A stretch of 62,392 nucleotides of DNA, from the NCBI GenBank assembly GCA_039030295.1, contig JBCCEK010000004.1, forward strand, positions 1 through 62,392, given 5' to 3'. This document shows, in pieces, positions 60,658 through 62,392 of this stretch (positions are counted from its first letter, which is position 1; each line of letters opens with the position of its first letter). A program made the translations under genes and the position numbers. This DNA comes from Myxococcota bacterium (GTDB taxonomy: Bacteria > Myxococcota_A > Polyangia > Polyangiales > Houyiibacteriaceae). The notes under the pieces are model-generated. The model worked only from the letters and a program-made list of their open reading frames with translations. It was not told the DNA's origin and searched no databases.

Positions 60658-62392
60658 ATGAAACCAACCCACCCTCACTCGCTCGGCCTGGCCGGGCTAG
60701 GCATCCTATTCTGTTGGGTCGCCGCGCTGTCCCTCGTCGCCGGTCCGGTGTCCGCCCAAGGGCCCGAAGTCGTCGGTGAGTGGACCCCAGTCATCGCGTG
60801 GCCTCACATCCCTGTATCGGCTGCCAACCTGCCCGACGGGCGCATCGTCACATGGTCGGCCAGTCGAGAAACGGCGTTCCCCAACAACGGCGAGTTCTTC
60901 ACGCATTCGGCGGTGTACGACCCGGTGTCAGGCGACTTCACCACAACCAATAACCCACACAACGACGTGTTCTGTGCAGGAATCTCGTTGATGGAGGACG
61001 GCGCGGTGATGGTCTCCGGGGGGAGGCAGGTCAATCGGCGTACCGCGGCGTTCGATCCCCAAACACTGGTGTGGTCACGACGATCCGACATGGGGTTCCC
61101 TCGCTGGTACGGGACGCAACTGACCCTGGCGAACGACGAAGTCATGTCCGTGTTCGCTCAGGGCGCCGGTCCCGTGGTCGAACGCTACGCGCTCCCGGTG
61201 GATCGCTGGACGCCGCTCCCCGGTATGGAGATGACCACCGCGGCGAGCGAGCAGGCGGCGACGAACTCGGGCGGTGCCAACAACGGTGGAACGAACTCGC
61301 AATGGTGGTCGTTCCTCCACGTCGCACCAGACGGGCGCGTGTTCCACTCAGGTCCCTGGCCGACCATGCACTGGTACGATCCGGTCGGCTCGGGCGATAT
61401 CGAACCTGCGGGTTCTCGGCTCGGCGGAGATCAAACGCGCGCGTTCGGCACTGCGACGATGTACGACGTCGGCAAGGTCCTCGTCATCGGGGGTCAGGAT
61501 CGAAAGGCGCCCGAGGCATCCTCTAGGGAGGCCATCACGATCGACATCACCGGTGCTGCGCCGATCGTCACGCGTGCCGCCGACATGGCCTACAAGCGAA
61601 CCAACCACGACACCGTGCTCCTGCCCGACGGTCGGGTGATGGTGATCGGCGGCAACGAGAACGCCAAGCTCTTCAACGACCAAACGAGCGTGTTCGAGCC
61701 TGAGGTCTGGGACCCGGCCACCGACGAGTGGACGCCGATGGCGTCGCACAGCATCCCCAGGAACTACCATTCGATTGGGTTGTTGTTGAAGGACGGACGC
61801 GTGATCTCGGGGGGCGGCGGCCTGTGCGGAAACTGCGCAGCCAACCATCAAGACGCGGAGATTTTCTCCCCTCCGTACCTATTCACGGCTGGAGGGGCAC
61901 CTGCAGTTCGTCCTGTGATCTCCGCGAGCGCTCCGAGTGCGCGCGCAGGGGACGATCACCCAGTGACGGCGACCCCCGGTGTGCAGGCGTTCAACTTGAT
62001 CCGCCTCTCGGGAGTGACCCACTCGATCAACACCGACGCCCGCTTCGTCCCGGTGGAATTCGCCGAAGACACCCCCGGGGAGTACACGCTCTTCCTCCAC
62101 GACAATCCCAACGTACTGTTGCCGGGCTACTACTGGCTCTTTGCGATCGACGCGCAGGGTGTGCCCTCCGTGGGTGAGACGGTCCAGATCGTCCGAGACG
62201 TGGTGCCGCCCGAGACCCCAATCAGCTACGAGGTCTTTCACGGGACGTGGACGGCGCTACCCGACATGGACGCGTTGACACCCGAAGCCACAGGCGCGAC
62301 CGACGACTTCACGCTGCAAGTACGGCTGCGGGACAACGATTACGCGTTGCGATTCACCGCGCGGTTCTTCGTGGACACCGACGGCGACTACA
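60658..62392 (+). CDS. galactose oxidase-like copper radical oxidase (kelch propeller + DUF1929-like domain) with C-terminal PA14-like start; 3' end off window
   Basis: Absent from the track because it has no stop in the window. I translated it by hand from ATG 60658 with the frame open to 62392. Signal MKPTHPHSLGLAGLGILFCWVAALSLVAGPVSAQG. VFCAGISLMEDGAVMVSGG, RWYGT, RNYHSIGLLLKDGRVISGGGGLCGNCAANHQDAEIFSPPYL and VTHSINTD. Confidence 0.88.
   Translation, partial: MKPTHPHSLGLAGLGILFCWVAALSLVAGPVSAQGPEVVGEWTPVIAWPHIPVSAANLPDGRIVTWSASRETAFPNNGEFFTHSAVYDPVSGDFTTTNNPHNDVFCAGISLMEDGAVMVSGGRQVNRRTAAFDPQTLVWSRRSDMGFPRWYGTQLTLANDEVMSVFAQGAGPVVERYALPVDRWTPLPGMEMTTAASEQAATNSGGANNGGTNSQWWSFLHVAPDGRVFHSGPWPTMHWYDPVGSGDIEPAGSRLGGDQTRAFGTATMYDVGKVLVIGGQDRKAPEASSREAITIDITGAAPIVTRAADMAYKRTNHDTVLLPDGRVMVIGGNENAKLFNDQTSVFEPEVWDPATDEWTPMASHSIPRNYHSIGLLLKDGRVISGGGGLCGNCAANHQDAEIFSPPYLFTAGGAPAVRPVISASAPSARAGDDHPVTATPGVQAFNLIRLSGVTHSINTDARFVPVEFAEDTPGEYTLFLHDNPNVLLPGYYWLFAIDAQGVPSVGETVQIVRDVVPPETPISYEVFHGTWTALPDMDALTPEATGATDDFTLQVRLRDNDYALRFTARFFVDTDGDY

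Noticed and set aside
1-62392. Search for mobile elements, prophage, toxin-antitoxin or known defence-system genes and for rRNA/tRNA genes
   Set aside because: No transposase, integrase, phage structural, nuclease/helicase defence hallmark, terminal inverted repeats or tRNA-like structures were recognisable by eye. Small elements could still be missed without a computational scan.

Overview
GC-rich, densely coding bacterial chromosome segment with about 60 protein genes. I found no rRNA, tRNA, CRISPR array, transposase or integrase. By inference the source is a Myxococcota-like deltaproteobacterium. This rests on the gene content: Hanks-type Ser/Thr kinases (one fused to a STAND ATPase and TPRs), PEGA and DUF4388 domains, multihaem-cytochrome/TPR fusions, many lipobox proteins, an FbfB-like galactose oxidase and an Spt+ACP pair. 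The housekeeping backbone is def-fmt, priA, tsaD, aroC, pgm, bfr/bfd, bioB, ctaA/ctaB/sco, tmk, dtd, coaE and pepN, mostly in long co-directional arrays with overlapping stop/start codons. The ORF track omits two edge-truncated genes that I translated by hand: a multihaem cytochrome at 1..1068(-) and a galactose-oxidase-like protein at 60658..62392(+). Many track ORFs are antisense artefacts or carry false N-terminal extensions; the starts I moved were checked against the sequence. Main points for follow-up: (1) a lipoprotein keeping all six copper ligands of the PHM/DBH monooxygenase fold; (2) a perfect KstR-type palindrome in front of a kstD-like plus deazaflavin-reductase-like gene pair; (3) a ~74-nt non-coding element present twice, each time between convergent genes; (4) an active Ser/Thr kinase translationally coupled inside the haem A/O-Sco operon; (5) a T2SSE_N / HD-GYP(GFP) / Asp-to-Glu receiver / DUF4388 protein; (6) a 16-module DNDGDG acidic lipoprotein built on ~210-bp DNA repeats, divergent from a 73-aa Cys-rich lipoprotein; (7) an Spt-like synthase with its own ACP and an AT-rich palindrome between them. 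Every functional call rests on motif recognition by eye; no database search was run.
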